From Eledone cirrhosa (Eukaryota): 64,000 nt of DNA. The stretch is from positions 31,434,001 through 31,498,000 of the forward strand of contig OZ024741.1 of assembly GCA_964016885.1 (NCBI GenBank), in the 5' to 3' direction. Shown piece by piece: positions 1-14,092 of the stretch. Position numbers and translations under genes: made by a program. Within the stretch, counting starts at the first letter, position 1. Every line of letters begins with the position of its first letter. The notes beneath the pieces were generated by a model. The model made no database searches, was not told the DNA's origin, and saw nothing but the letters and a program-made list of their open reading frames with translations.

Positions 1-147
1 CTTCCCTCCGAAGAAGAGATATAATCTCGAAAATTAAGGATATTTAAATAAATTTAAGGTAAAAGACTAATTGTCAATAATATCTTTTGCATTTGCATTT
101 ATATTCTATATCCATACCTGCATTGTCTTGGCATTACAACTACAAAC

Positions 148-148
<1 letters not shown>
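1..148 (+). mobile_element. 3' end (pLTR) of a Penelope-like element, same family as 2590-4797
   Basis: 1-148 closely matches 4642-4797, includes the same HHR-like motif and ends in (TA)n. Confidence 0.8.
5..39 (+). ncRNA. Minimal type I hammerhead motif (CCGAAGA core variant)
   Basis: cct-CCGAAGA-a-gagat ata atctc-GAAA-at-TA-agg; palindromic AATT as stem III, which would require dimerisation. Confidence 0.55.
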
Positions 149-226
<78 letters not shown>

Positions 227-622
227 CATAGAAAAATCAGTGATGCATCTGAACTCAATATACATATATATATATATATAAATATATATGTGTATACTAT
301 ATATACTATATATACACATGACTATATAGTAGAGAGAGAGAGGATGGAGAATTAGAGAGAGAGAGAGAGAGAGAGAGGGTGAAAGAGAGAGATGTGTGTG
401 TGTGTGTGTGTGTGTGTGTATAATTATATAATATAAAATATTACATATATATATTTGTCTGAGGTGTATATATGTATTTACGCATAATATTCATGTACAT
501 ATACATACAAATACACATATATCTATACATTATGCATTCATATGGATATATATCTACCTTCTATATTCTGTCATCTATCTTTGTGTATTCATATATATAT
601 GTTATACACTAAAAAATATAGA

Positions 623-668
<46 letters not shown>

Positions 669-835
669 TATATATATATATATATATATGTCTTTACATA
701 CATAATAGTCACACACACACACACTCAGAGATGGATTGCAATATTTTAATAAATATATAATAAGACGAAATGAAATAAGTCTCTAAATAAAACGAATTGG
801 AAAACATAGGAAGAAAATATGAAATATTAGTTTTA

Positions 836-1414
836 AATAATTGTTTCTACTTTTGGCACAAGGCCAGCAATTATCCCAGTGTATTACTGGTACTTTATTT
901 TATCGACCCCTTAAGGATGAAAGGCAAAGTTAACCTCGGCGGGTTTTGAGCTCAGTCCGTAAAAGGACGTAACTGTGTTGCAAAGCATGGCGTCCGACCC
1001 TCTACCGATACTGCCAATCCACTGCCCATATTAGTTTTAAATAATTGTTTCTACTTTAGGCACAAGGCCAGCAATCACCCAGGGCATTGCTGGTACTTTA
1101 TTTTATCGACCCCGTAAGGATGAAAGGCAAAGTCAAACCTCGGCGGGATTTGAACTCAGATCATAAAGGGACGTAACTATGCTGGAAAGCATGGCGTCCG
1201 ACCCTCTACCGATACTGCCAATAAAATAATTGTTTCTACTTTTGGCACAAGGCCAGCAATTATCCAGTGCATTACTGGTACTTTATTTTATCGACCCCGT
1301 AAGGATGAAAGGCAAAGTTAACCTCGGCGGGATTTGAACTCAAACCATAAAGGGGCGTAACTCTTTGCTGCAAAGCATAGCGTCAGACCCTCTACCGATA
1401 CTGCCAATCCACCG
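836..1414 (-). mobile_element. Three tandem copies of a tRNA-derived SINE (836-1027, 1039-1221, 1225-1414)
   Basis: Minus strand: A box TGGCAGTATCGG, B box GAGTTCAAATCC, central CCGAGGTTAACTTTGCCTTTCATCC..GGGGTCGATAAAATAAAGTACCAG, 3' AGTAGAAACAATTATT; duplication atattagttttaaataat at 824 and 1028. Confidence 0.9.
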
Positions 1415-2353
1415 ATTAAATAATGACATATATATATATGACCACATAAAAACGATGTATAGAAACATTTGAAATATATGAAGTTAAGAATAAACAGAAT
1501 ATAATAGTACGAAAGGGGAGATAGAAAAAAATAAAGGAAGGTAGGAAGATAAAATAAATGTCAAAAAAAAAAAAAAGGGTGAGAAAAGAAAGAAAGAAAA
1601 AAAGAAGGAATGAAAGAGTGTGACTGAACATAAGTGAAGAATGAAATAATGTGGCTGAAAGAAAGTGAAGAACTATAGAATGGAGACAGACGGAAAAACC
1701 GGATCTGTACAGAGAAAGAATGGCGAGAAAAGAGAAACTGAATGAAAAATATAAATTGAATAAAATTATGATAAAAGAAAAAAAGCAAAGAACGTGAGAA
1801 AGAATAAAAGAAAGAAAGAAAATGTAAGAAAACAAAGAAGAAAGGAAAGAAAGGAACAAAAAATGAAAGAAAAATGTGTGTGAAAAGTAAGAGAATAAAA
1901 AATGGATGAAAACAAACTGTAGAGAAGGAAAGGAAGAGAGAAGGAATGAAAGTAAAAAATGAGAATATAGATTGAAAGAAAAATATGTTTGTAAAGGAAA
2001 GAAAAAGTGAACTTGGATATAGACATAAATATATGTCTCATTTGTCCGACATCTTTGTTTGGCTTTCTGGCTGAAGTGTAAGAGATCAGATGATCTCGAC
2101 TCTTTAGTAGTGGACTGCAAAACTTTAATTATTGTTTGAATCCCAAATGGTATTAGATACAACCTTCATCTGTCGAAGGTCTACAGACTATTAGTTAGTG
2201 TTTTAGTCTAACCATCGTGGAATGTGTCTTTGAAGAAGGTACTTCATTTCAGGCCATTCTAGTCTAAACATGGAAATGAATATCAGCAGCAACTGATAGT
2301 TTTAATCTTCCTATATATATAAAGTACCGATTGTATTGTTATTTCTGTTTACC

Positions 2354-2424
<71 letters not shown>

Positions 2425-2427
<3 letters not shown>

Positions 2428-2537
2428 GAAAAGAGTCACGACCCGTCGGGGTCCTGACTCTTTTCCTATTATACTTTACTACCCTAAGTATCGAGTACTC
2501 TGGTGCGTTATGGTCCACTTGGTTTCTTACCCCAGCT

Positions 2538-2545
<8 letters not shown>
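2425..2545 (+). mobile_element. Tiny fold-back element in (TA)n, homologous to 58905-59085
   Basis: Hairpin taggaaaagagtcacgaccc/ggggtcctgactcttttccta followed by taccctaagtatcgagtactctggtgcgttatg, shared with 58985-59085. Confidence 0.7.
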
Positions 2546-2589
<44 letters not shown>

Positions 2590-4794
2590 TTACCATCCGA
2601 CAAAGGTAAAGAGTTTTGCGTCATCTCTCAAGCCACATACAACAACCTAGCCTTTGAACACCTAAGCGACAATGAATTATATACAGAGATCCCGGACATG
2701 ACTGCAGCCCAGATCGAAAAAAAAAACCCAACTCCATCTGGTTCGATATCTGTAGGAGAAGACAACTCCCAAATAAAGTTAAGCTCAACTACACCACTAG
2801 AAATAGCAGACTGCCCACTTTCTACCACCTCATCAAGACCCACAAGAATAGTACTAAGACGCAAATAAGACCCATCGTCTCTAGCATAGAAGGACCACTA
2901 TATAAAATTTCCTGGCTCCTCTTCCAGGTCCTCAAGCCTCTACTCTCCACCTTTCCCGGGCATGTCAGTAGCTCCGACGAAGTTATACGTAGACTACACC
3001 AACTCCAGCCAGAACAATTTAAACTAAATAGATACGCCTTTAGCCTCGACGTTGTCTCCCTCTACACTAGAGTCCCCGCTCATCCAGCTGTCGATTTATT
3101 GACGGACTGCGTGGTCGCAGAGGACATCCACTGCTACGGCCTCCATCCGACGGACATACACCAGCTTTTGTCCTTCACAGTAGACAACACGTACTTCACC
3201 TTCCACCACCACAAATACAGACAGACAACAGGATTACCCATGGGATCCAGCCTATCTGGCCTGCAGGCCATCACCTATATGAACCAGCTAGAATGCCGAG
3301 CCCTCAACACCTGCCATTCCCATACCTTCTTCACCCGATATGTAGATGACATACTCATCCTTACATCATCCCGTGAGGAGGCAGATAAAATATACACAAC
3401 ATTCTCCAGCATGGACGCCAGTATAAAGTTCAGCATGGAACACCCCGATGACCGCGGATCCCTATCCCTACTGGACTTCCAACTCGGGGTAACAGAGGAA
3501 GGCAACATCCACACCTGCTTCTATAAAAAAGCTGCCAGCAGGGACCTGTTCGTACATTTCAGATCGGCCCTCCCAGCCGGCGCTAAGTTCGGATACATTA
3601 GGAACGAACTAACACGTATCCAGAACAAATGCAGCGACGCTAGAGACCGAGACACACACACCACACATTTCCTGGAAGTACTCAAACTGAACGGATACAC
3701 GACATCTACCACAAACCGTGCCAGAAAGAACAGAGGACACCACACCCGAGGCACTAACACTTGCTTCCTGAAGCTCCCACACTTCAGTGACGAAAGAACA
3801 ACAGCCATCCGCAGAGCTATCAGACGAGAGGGACTAGATATCCAACTGGCCCACTCAGGTCCTTCTCTACGCGGACAGCTAACCAAAAGACACTCCACCA
3901 GACATGACAACTGCTGCAGGCTAGCCAACTGCCCCATCAACGACACAGACCTATGCCACCAGGCTTACGTCGTATACAGACTAGAGTGTGACAAATGCAG
4001 CAACTTCTACTTAGCTAGCACCACCAGACCACTCCACATAAGAATAAAAGAACACCTCAATACTAACGCTTCCTCATTTAAGAAACACCTAGTTAAATGC
4101 AAAAACACCGACAAAACCATAACAGTTAAGATAGAAACTAAGGAAAGAAACCTCGGCATTCTTTGAATTAAGGAAGCACTAATTATAGACAAAACACAAC
4201 CACCAATCAATAATAGACTAGAACTCAACAACCAATTTATAACTTGATAGAGCTTCTAGCCCAATATTTACACCCCCCCCCCACACACACACACGCACAC
4301 ACACACGCACACACACACACACGCTTACACCTCCACTTATTCTCTCTCACACATACACACACAAAGACCAGTTCTAACACGAGATACCATCTATCCCCTA
4401 CATTTACGTATAGACATATCTTCACACACTCACACACACACACTCACATACTTACACCTTCATGTATTCTCCCACACACTTAAACAGGCATGTACAAACA
4501 AAAAAAAAACATTTTAAAGGGAGACTACTCTTTATCCACTTAATCTTAACTCTTTGACATTAGAGATAGAACAGATACTCTATACCATTTCCTGTCAGCA
4601 TGACTTGGCAAGCTATTTAGAACACTGGTTTAACAGCTTTACTTCCCTCCGAAGAAGAGATATTATCTCGAAAATTAAGGACATTTAAATAAATCTAAGG
4701 TAAAAGTCTAATTGTCAACAATATCTTTTGCATTTGCATTCGTTATTCTATGTCCATACCTGCATTGTTTTGGCTTTATTATACATATACAAAT

Positions 4795-4797
<3 letters not shown>
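2590..4797 (+). mobile_element. Penelope-like retroelement (Penelope/Poseidon-type RT + C-terminal GIY-YIG), 5'-truncated, frameshifted
   Basis: PSDKG, FSLDVVSLYT, GLPMGSSLSG, YVDD, VVYRLECDKC..YLASTTRPLHIRIKEH; ORF 3099-4166; (TA)n on both sides; HHR-like motif in 3' region. Confidence 0.92.
4646..4680 (+). ncRNA. Minimal hammerhead motif (CCGAAGA core) in PLE 3' region
   Basis: cct-CCGAAGA-a-gagat att atctc-GAAA-at-TA-agg. Confidence 0.55.
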
Positions 4798-4834
<37 letters not shown>

Positions 4835-4842
<8 letters not shown>

Positions 4843-6090
4843 AGATACTATTAATAGTTATGTATATTTTAAACTATAAACAACTATAAACAGGGAAAGT
4901 CAGTAATTTATTACTAGTAAGATAAATAGCTCAATGTAAAAACATCAATTGTTTTACAGAGCAGTAATATTGAATTCACAAGAATCAAAGCTATGTTCAA
5001 AACATTTATTCGCTGACAATTGTTTCTTCCAAACCTAGGCTTGGAGCCTTCGGAGCACTTTTAATGTTTATACATATAATTGACCTCCTACTCAACGTAA
5101 GAGACATACAGATACATATATATATATTGATGTGCAGTGTGGAGTTGATGCGACATATATTATATTATACTATATTTGTACAGTAATTCAAATTAAGATT
5201 AAAATCAAAATTTAAAATTTAAAATTTAAAAACAAGATTAAAAGGCTAGGTTGGAATACACGCGACAGATAATACAGATAATACAAGAGAATAGTCTAAT
5301 AATCAAATTAAATAGATAGTATATGCGTTAGTCATATATAGAGGGATGGAACAAGCAAATGTATCATGTATATATGAGTACTTTGTGGCAAGGTATTACA
5401 TGAAATACAAGCACTTTAAACGGGTATGTTAGTGTATTATGGTGGTTGCAGTGCGAGGATATTTTCTGCATAGTTCAAATTTGTATGTGTGCAGAAAAAG
5501 AAAGTTATAGTTTTCACATCCATCACATAAGTTACGATGTATTTGTATTGAATGTTTGTTGTAGTAATGGATTGTAATGTATTGTAACTCAGTGTTATTT
5601 AATCCATATTTATAGATTAGGGTCTTTCGGCTGCGAGAATTTACAGCGGTTTATTATCCGGAAGTTAAGGGGAGCTAATGCGTAATGGGAGGTAACTAGC
5701 TCATTCTAATAATTAAATTCATTGCTCTAATAGACATTATATGGTGCCTCAATTGAGTCCCTTATATAAAAGGTTATATATTTATATTTAATTTTAAATA
5801 CAGTCTACTCCCTCATAATGTATTAAAGGTTTCAATAGGAAGTTGTCTACCCATTATTATATAGTGCCATAATTGAATTTCCCATACAAAGTGGTATATC
5901 TTTATATCAATTTATATATATGTACATCAATATATATATATGTATCTGTATGTCTCTTACGTTGAGTAGGAGGTCAATTAAATATACAAACATTAAAAGT
6001 GCTCCGAAGACTCCAAGCCTAGGTTTGGAAGAAACAATTGTCAGCGAATAAATGTTTTGAACATAGCTTTGATTCTTGTGAATTCAATAT
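4835..6090 (-). mobile_element. Non-coding PLE-type element with 170-bp inverted arms (4967-5136 / 5921-6090), each carrying an HHR motif
   Basis: Arms are reverse complements; flanked by (TA)n; the minus-arm HHR at 5012-5056 reads CCGAAGG. Confidence 0.8.
6001..6045 (+). ncRNA. Minimal type I hammerhead (CCGAAGA core)
   Basis: gct-CCGAAGA-c tccaagc ctag gtttgga a-GAAA-c aatt g-TC-agc; ACAATTGT palindrome as stem III, GUC cleavage triplet. Confidence 0.7.
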
Positions 6091-6701
6091 ATATATATAT
6101 TTATTTATTTATTCATGTATATATATATATATTCTTTTATAACTCTATCAACTTAACAGCCTCTAATACGTATGCAGCTCAATGGAAGGACAAAATATAT
6201 TAATGAATTAATCAAGTAACTATCCACTCGAAGAATAATTCATATATATCAAACTTAAGCCCAATTCTCATTGAGGTGAGGATACAAGTGAAATTGGCTT
6301 AACAGAAGTTAATTGTCACTTATATAATGCTCGATATAGGTTAAAATTGACATTTCTTTGTCGATTTGACTTGTACCAACCTCAAATGAGATTTTGGCTG
6401 AAGTTTAATAAATTATACAAGTGTAAAGAATGTGATCAAGGACAGATATACTGTAAAGATAGCTTATAAAATACAGCCTCAAAAGACGGAAAGAGAAGTT
6501 GCCATCGGCCGCTATGAGGAATTGAATCCTATATCTCCTAGATACCGACTAGACATTTTAACCATTAAACTAAGGTGCCATGACATAACTTTCCCTGTCA
6601 TTTTAACTAGATAATTCCAGATGTAAACAGGCAGACTGACAGACAGACATCATCATGTAAACAATGAACAAAGCCGAATTTTCGGCTTTGAAGTGCTGGG
6701 A

Positions 6702-6837
<136 letters not shown>

Positions 6838-7082
6838 ATATATATATATATATGTTTAGGGTGAAAGCAGCGAATCTTTGCTTAAACTTTAATCTGTTAT
6901 TTTAATAAATATTTGCTCTAGGGTCCTTATATATTTGATATATATTTATCAAATCTTGAGTATGTGTTGGTTGTTTACCGACACCCAAGTATGCAGGCTG
7001 GAGCACTCAACGAAGTGCGCAGGTTGGTTTGTTTACTCCGGAGTAATGTAAAATAAGAAGTGTAAGTCAACAGGGTAAAATT

Positions 7083-7291
7083 AGTTTCGTTTATTCATAT
7101 TCTCTGCTATATATATATATTTCAGTTATGACCTCATCAGGCTATGACATCATCAGGCAGTAAGAATTAAAAAAGAATTAAAAAAGAAAAATCAGGAAAA
7201 CATGATGTAATGGATTTTACCTTGTTAATTCATTGATATGCCCAGCTACTGGGTGTGTTGCTAGTTACCTAAGGAACTGGAAGCATATCAT

Positions 7292-7369
<78 letters not shown>

Positions 7370-7611
7370 CAATTCATTCATTCATCGAGCAAAACTGCTG
7401 AAGGATGGACACCATATATATACTTCCAGTTCCTTAGGTAACTAGCAACACACCCAGTAGCTGGGCATGTCAATGAATTAACAAGGTAAAATCCATTACA
7501 ACATCATGTTTTCCTGATTTTTCTTTTTAAATTCTTACTCCCTGATGAGGTCATAGCTGTTGAATAATTGGCATAACTGAAATATATATAGCAGAGAATA
7601 TGAATAAACTA

Positions 7612-7613
<2 letters not shown>
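7083..7613. mobile_element. Fold-back element (arms about 7083-7277 / 7414-7613) with divergent HHR motifs at 7104-7160 (-) and 7538-7594 (+)
   Basis: CTGATGA..GAAA-TATATA-TA-gcag in both arms; the minus arm has a duplicated CTGATGA. Confidence 0.75.
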
Positions 7614-7649
<36 letters not shown>

Positions 7650-7693
7650 GTTTATATGTATATAAATATATGTATGTATATATATATATATAA

Positions 7694-7791
<98 letters not shown>

Positions 7792-7807
7792 ATGTATATA
7801 TATATAT

Positions 7808-7929
<122 letters not shown>

Positions 7930-8064
7930 GTTTATATTTATGTATATATGTGTTATATGTATCTTCTTAATTTGTCCTAGCTAACTTATGGTTGACTAAA
8001 GTTTAGGCTGAAACAGACTACTTTTTCTAGCAGCTCTGTTACTCGCCAACTCTCTACCCATTTA

Positions 8065-8129
<65 letters not shown>

Positions 8130-8276
8130 TGAGAGAGAGAGTGTGATTTGAGTGTTATATGGGAATAATACGTAAATAATATCAAGATAATAAAATCCCT
8201 CGTTCCACGTTTATCTTTTTTTCCTCTCACCTCTTTACAACCTAGTCTGCATTATAGCTGAATTTAAATATATAAT

Positions 8277-8321
<45 letters not shown>

Positions 8322-8327
8322 ATTTTA

Positions 8328-8386
<59 letters not shown>

Positions 8387-9027
8387 CATATACATATATG
8401 CATATGTACATATATACATACATATACATATATTCATATTTATATATCCATATAGTATGCATATATACTTAGATATATGTATTTATTTATTTAAATATCT
8501 ATATATTTAAATATCTATATATTATATATACATAAATACATACATATATATATATATACAATTTTTGAATCCACAAATTATTCTAATCTCACAAATTTAA
8601 AATAAAATGTTCAATATTCTTCGTAACTCATATTAGTTTATATAAACAATCAAAGCATACGCAACTTATTAATATATATAGAGATATTTATATACATATA
8701 ACCTATCCTAATCTAATAAGATGAAAATACTTACAACCATAATTCTTCATATAATTTTATAACTCATAATATAAGTAACAAAAATCTTTTCCCCCCAAAT
8801 TAACGTTATCCTTTTCTCTTTCTCTTCCTGATCATTAATATTTAAATTTTCCATAGCGTCTAAAATAACGTTTTTTCAGCCCTTTAATATACACATCATT
8901 TGCATACTCATATTAATAATTTTTAATATCTGACTTTTCTTCTCTCTTCCCTTCACTTTCCAGGGATAACTTGAACCGTTAAGGTATATTATCCTTGGTC
9001 ATGTCAAATATTTATAAAACATTTTGT

Positions 9028-9087
9028 ATTTTATCTGATGATAGCGTACCAAAATTTTTGGTACCCTTGAAATGTATATAATACAAT
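9028..9087 (+). ncRNA. Hammerhead motif, family F
   Basis: tat-CTGATGA-tag c gtaccaaaa t ttttggtac c ctt-GAAA-tgtata-TA-ata. Confidence 0.7.
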
Positions 9088-9096
9088 AAATATAGG

Positions 9097-9140
<44 letters not shown>

Positions 9141-9200
9141 TATGTATTTATTTATTTAAATAAATATATATATATATTTATGTATATAATATATATTATT

Positions 9201-9248
<48 letters not shown>

Positions 9249-10010
9249 GCATTTCATTGAAGGTTTTGTTGCTTTAAACCACTGCTGTGTGTTAATGGAC
9301 ACATACATTAACCACAAATTTCTAGGCTACAATTTGTTTTACAAGTTTCTTTCACATTAACAAGACCAATCAATCATACATTTATTAGAAAAAAAACAAA
9401 ACATGTATTATACCTTTATTCTTTCCTCGTGGATGGGAACGACAGTATTAGTACATTCCTAAGAATTACATCTAAGTATCTCATCGGTTTGAAACGCCAC
9501 AGTGCAAAGTATGCTTTTCAGTAAAATATAAATGGAAACACACATACATACGTACATATATGTATACATAAATACATACATACGTACGTATATACGTACA
9601 TACTTACAAATGTACAAACATACATGCATATGCACATGCATGCATACGTACATATATACGTACATACTTACATATGTACAAAAATACATGCATATATACA
9701 TATATACACACACATACATACGTAGATAAGTAAATGTATATATATACGTACATACATACAAACATACCTGTAAATACTTACATATGTACAAACATACATG
9801 CATATATACATACATACATATGTACATACGTAGAAACATATATGCATACATACATGCATACATACATACATACATACGTACATATGTACATATGTACACA
9901 TGTACACACATGTATACATACATAGATACATTCATACACATACATACATACACATACATACACACATACATACATACATACATACATACATACATACATA
10001 CATACATACA

Positions 10011-10795
10011 AAAGCCTGGCATGGAGTTCCGACAAGTTTATGACATCACACCTTGAGGGATATCTCTATGCAATACAGGAACAAGAACTCCCTACCAAAT
10101 ATCTGCTGCACAAAAGAGGAGGGCCAGCAGCTGACAATAAATGTAGGCTATGTAAAACAAAGATCGAGGATGTAAGCCACATTGTTGCCAGCTGCGAAAG
10201 AATGTCATCTCGCTACTACCTCCCCATGAGACACGATGGGATAGCTAGAACCATCTGGAACGCACTTCGGAAAACAAAATTAACAACAAACGAGGAAGAA
10301 TATATTGAGACAGATGGCACTAAGGAATACTGGTGGAACCTGAAAATAAAAACTGCCACCAGATTAAAGCACAACCGGCCTGATATTGTAGTTTGGGACC
10401 ACACATTGAAAACGTGTTCTGTTGTGGAGATCAGCTGCCCACTTGATGTAAACGTTGTCAGAAAAATACAGGAGAAGGAGGACATCTACGGACCATTGAT
10501 GAGGAGTTTACAAATCCAGTATCCAAGATACACCTTTAGCTTCATACCCATCATTATTGGTGCTACGGGTTATATACCAACCCGCTTGGACCAAAGTATG
10601 ACTGAACTTGGATTTGCGGACAAAAAGCGCAGCTCCCTAATTCATAGTCTACAAATGGCTGCGATAGCTGGCACCTTCAAAATTTGCAAAACATTCTTGC
10701 GATTCAAGGGATGACAATTTCTTTTCTTTTACAACCTTGCCACCAGGAAGGTGGCCGGTCAAAAAAATATACTCAAAATTAAGAGAAAGAGAAAA
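10011..10795 (+). mobile_element. 3' fragment of an RLE-type non-LTR element (R4/Dong-like) inserted in (CATA)n
   Basis: ORF 10040-10714: CRLC..EDVSHIVASC knuckle, RHD, HNRPDIV..VVEISCP (PD..E nuclease), IPIIIGATG; (CATA)n on both sides. Confidence 0.88.
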
Positions 10796-11567
10796 CATAC
10801 ATACATACATACATACATACATACATACATTTATGTATGTATGTATGTGTAAAACATTTATATAAATATATTTTTTATATAAACAAATAAAATAATTGCA
10901 GACATTGATATAAACGAACAATTTTCTCGTCTCATCAATTTAGTTTAGCGCTTAATGCACCAGGCGTTGCTCATATGGTAATATGTAACGTATAAAACAG
11001 TTATTGTCCATTTATCTTAGATAAACCTCCGTAGATCAAATCCGAGTGATTCTTGGTGTACATTAATGAAAGCTGTGAATAATTGAATTACCTTTACTTT
11101 CATAATTTTTACAATAAAATTTATAATTTATTGTTAAAGGCAATTTATTAATTTATGCAATATACAAAATCTCTCAATGCCATGAAAGGACATTGAGATT
11201 CTATGTGTATAATTGAGCAGTATCTGATAAAAACAAAACTCATTATTAAAGGGAACAGAAAATAAAGGAGACAACAGAAAATTAAAAGGAGAAATGGAAA
11301 GAATCAATCTGCAAAAGAAAGGGAAATTAGGAGGGAGAGTTACTACACCTCAGTTTGGTTGGTACTTCAGCCGCGCCCTGCGGACATAACGGCGAACGTA
11401 TATATATTTGTGTGGGTATTTGTGTGTGTTCGTGTGAGTTTACGTACATGTGTATATTGGGAGTGTCATTCGTCAACATACATTGGTGATAGTTTTAATC
11501 ATAAGAAAGGAAGCTGAGAACATTTCTTGAATTATTTGTACTTCAAAATTCTCCACAGAGACTTGCA

Positions 11568-11690
11568 ATCGATATTGCAGTGGACTTGTGATCGATCTTG
11601 CAGTGGACTTGTGATCGATGTTGCAGTGGAGTTGTGATCGATGTTGCAGTGGACTTGTGATCGATGTTGCAGTGGACTTGTGATCAATGA
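11568..11690. repeat. 23-bp tandem repeat, about 5 copies
   Basis: gcagtggacttgtgatcgatgtt repeated. Confidence 0.9.
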
Positions 11691-11899
11691 TCGGATACCA
11701 GCAACAAATGGCGCTGTTGTTCACAAATAAAATAAATTAAAATATCCGAAACGCATATTTAAACACACACATGCACACATATTTATAAAATACATCGACA
11801 ATGCTTCTAGACAATCCGAATTCTCGATGTATAACGATAAACATATCAAAATTCTATTCCTGGCTCCAAAAGCAACATACTAGTTGTAGCTATTCTATC

Positions 11900-12420
11900 C
11901 AGGCCTCATGAATTGTGCGTCAACACGTATTGCTTTAGACAGGATTATTTTTTAACTTAATGCTCTGATTCCAGAATCACCAAACTAATTGTAGCTGTAT
12001 TGAGTTTATTGTTAAGTCTGTTGTTCCTATAAAGTCCAACACATGCAATGCCCGCTGGAGCGCATTACAAGAGCGAGGCAATACACAACTCCTAGTTCTT
12101 CACTATATTTTATTGAGGAGTCAAGGTGTTGCTGGTTGCCAAGGACTTTACGTAATCGTAGAAAACGCAAAATAACTGATAAAAGATCACCAGGAAATTC
12201 TTACTCATGGAGACCTAGATAAATTGATGAAAACATCGAAAAAAGAGAAAGAGGGAATTGAATTTCAGAACAGTATTTCACCAGGGCGAAATTTTGAAGC
12301 GTACGATCAAAGAATACGCCTATTTTGTGGAAGTTTACGTGTCGTAAATACCACAATTGAACTAGTGCCCCGGTAACGGTGGGGGTACAACGGCAAAAGA
12401 AACGGGAAACATTTTAAGAC
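11900..12420 (+). mobile_element. Possible highly decayed pogo/Tigger-like transposase remnant
   Basis: HQEILTHGDLDKLMKT near 12188 resembles the pogo C-terminal H.E.LT.EDL.EL segment; no intact ORF or TIR seen. Confidence 0.25.
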
Positions 12421-12632
12421 AATGTTTCTTACCAAGAAATCCGCAATTGAAGCTCTCATTCGAATCTCGAAAATTCTAAGCCATCAATGTCCATAAAGCT
12501 TGGCGTTATGCTTCATCCAAGACCTCGATGTACATAGGTATACTTTTATATAAAGGACATACGTGGTTTTTAATAACGTTGTTGATGAACTTATTAACAG
12601 CATGAGGTGGGGGCCTATATATATATATATAC

Positions 12633-13072
12633 ACAATATATTAACAAATGGAAACTATATTTATAAAACCATATTTATTTCATTATACATATTATGTATC
12701 TGCTTTCGTCAGATAAAATACAATATAGATCAGTTTTATAAACAAATATTGACATACCCTTAAAGAATGCGACTATTTCGGTTGGAAGCTCCCGGATAGT
12801 TGTGGGAGTTCCAACCGACATGGTCGCATTCTTTAAGGCTATGTCAATATTTGTTTATAAAACTGATCTAAATTATATTTTATCTGACGAAAGCGCACCA
12901 TAATTCGCTTTGGTGTCCTTGAAATATGTATAATGAAGTAAATATGGTTTTATAAATATAGTTTCCATTTGTTAATATATTGTATTTTTACTCCAATAAT
13001 TTGTTGAGTGCTTTATATCAGTTATAAAAATATTTGCTTGTTGTATCCCAACAAATTAAATATAACTTCTAC
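12633..13072 (+). mobile_element. Family F palindromic mini-element (palindrome 12633-12983 plus 3' tail) with HHR at 12878-12939
   Basis: tat-CTGACGA-aag c gcacca..tggtgt c ctt-GAAA-tatgta-TA-atg; inverted arm partly deleted; in (TA)n; homologous to 19621-20078. Confidence 0.85.
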
Positions 13073-13124
13073 ATATATATATATATACACACATACACAC
13101 ACACACACACATATATATATATGC

Positions 13125-13170
<46 letters not shown>

Positions 13171-14092
13171 TATATATATATATATACACAAAACTCCCTC
13201 CCCCATTTCTACTAATAGAATTACTTTCCTACACACACACAAAATATATATTTTCTCCATCTTAACATACTCCCACACACACACACATAACACCCATATA
13301 CACACACACACAACTCCCTCCCCCATTTCTACCAATAGAATCATCTTCCTATACACACACGCACACACACACACAAACACACAAATAAACATGCACATCT
13401 CTACTTTCTTTATTTCAATAGAAAATCTGAACTCTGACACCCCAGCGAACTAGCCATATTCACTGAACCAGAACAATTCTCCCATCCCATTTCTCTTGAC
13501 CATTCTTTTGCTTGTCATAAAATTCTCTAAAAGGCTACAAAATAAATTCCCAAATACGTGCGCGGAATTTAATGAAATTGTTCACGTGACAACCATAATT
13601 TCATTTATAACCAATCAAATTACATTTTAAAAAAAAAAGCCTTCGTGAGCCCCTTTTTTTAAGTAAAAAGAAATTCAAACACTCATATATGAAAAAAACA
13701 ACCTGAACCCCCCCCCCCCCCCCCCTTGTTTGAAGAACTTTGTAACGCGAACAGGTGCTGAATTTATTATACTTATTGACCAACCAATTAAATGACTTCT
13801 CTAAAAACCTGGCGTTTCGAGCCACTTTTTTCCATATAAAACAAGTAACATTCAAAGACCAACCAGATGTGAAAAAACCCACAGACCCTCCATCTGAACT
13901 CTACTTTTGAAAAGCAGAAAAACTGCGAAACCGGTAAAGGAACCAAATAAATATATATATTTTTTTGAAAATAAGACTCCAGTTGCATTTTCTATTTCAT
14001 CTTTTTTTCTTTATACTTTCACTCGTGTAGGATACCTTGGTTATTTTTCATTTTGTAAAAAAAACCTCACTTTCTAATATATATATATATAT

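Noticed and set aside
1416-2162. 248-aa Phe/Ser/Leu-rich membrane-like ORF
   Set aside because: Antisense of a GA-rich low-complexity tract
6669-6691. Hairpin caaagccgaattttcggctttg (terminator-like)
   Set aside because: Isolated short palindrome in eukaryotic DNA with no supporting context
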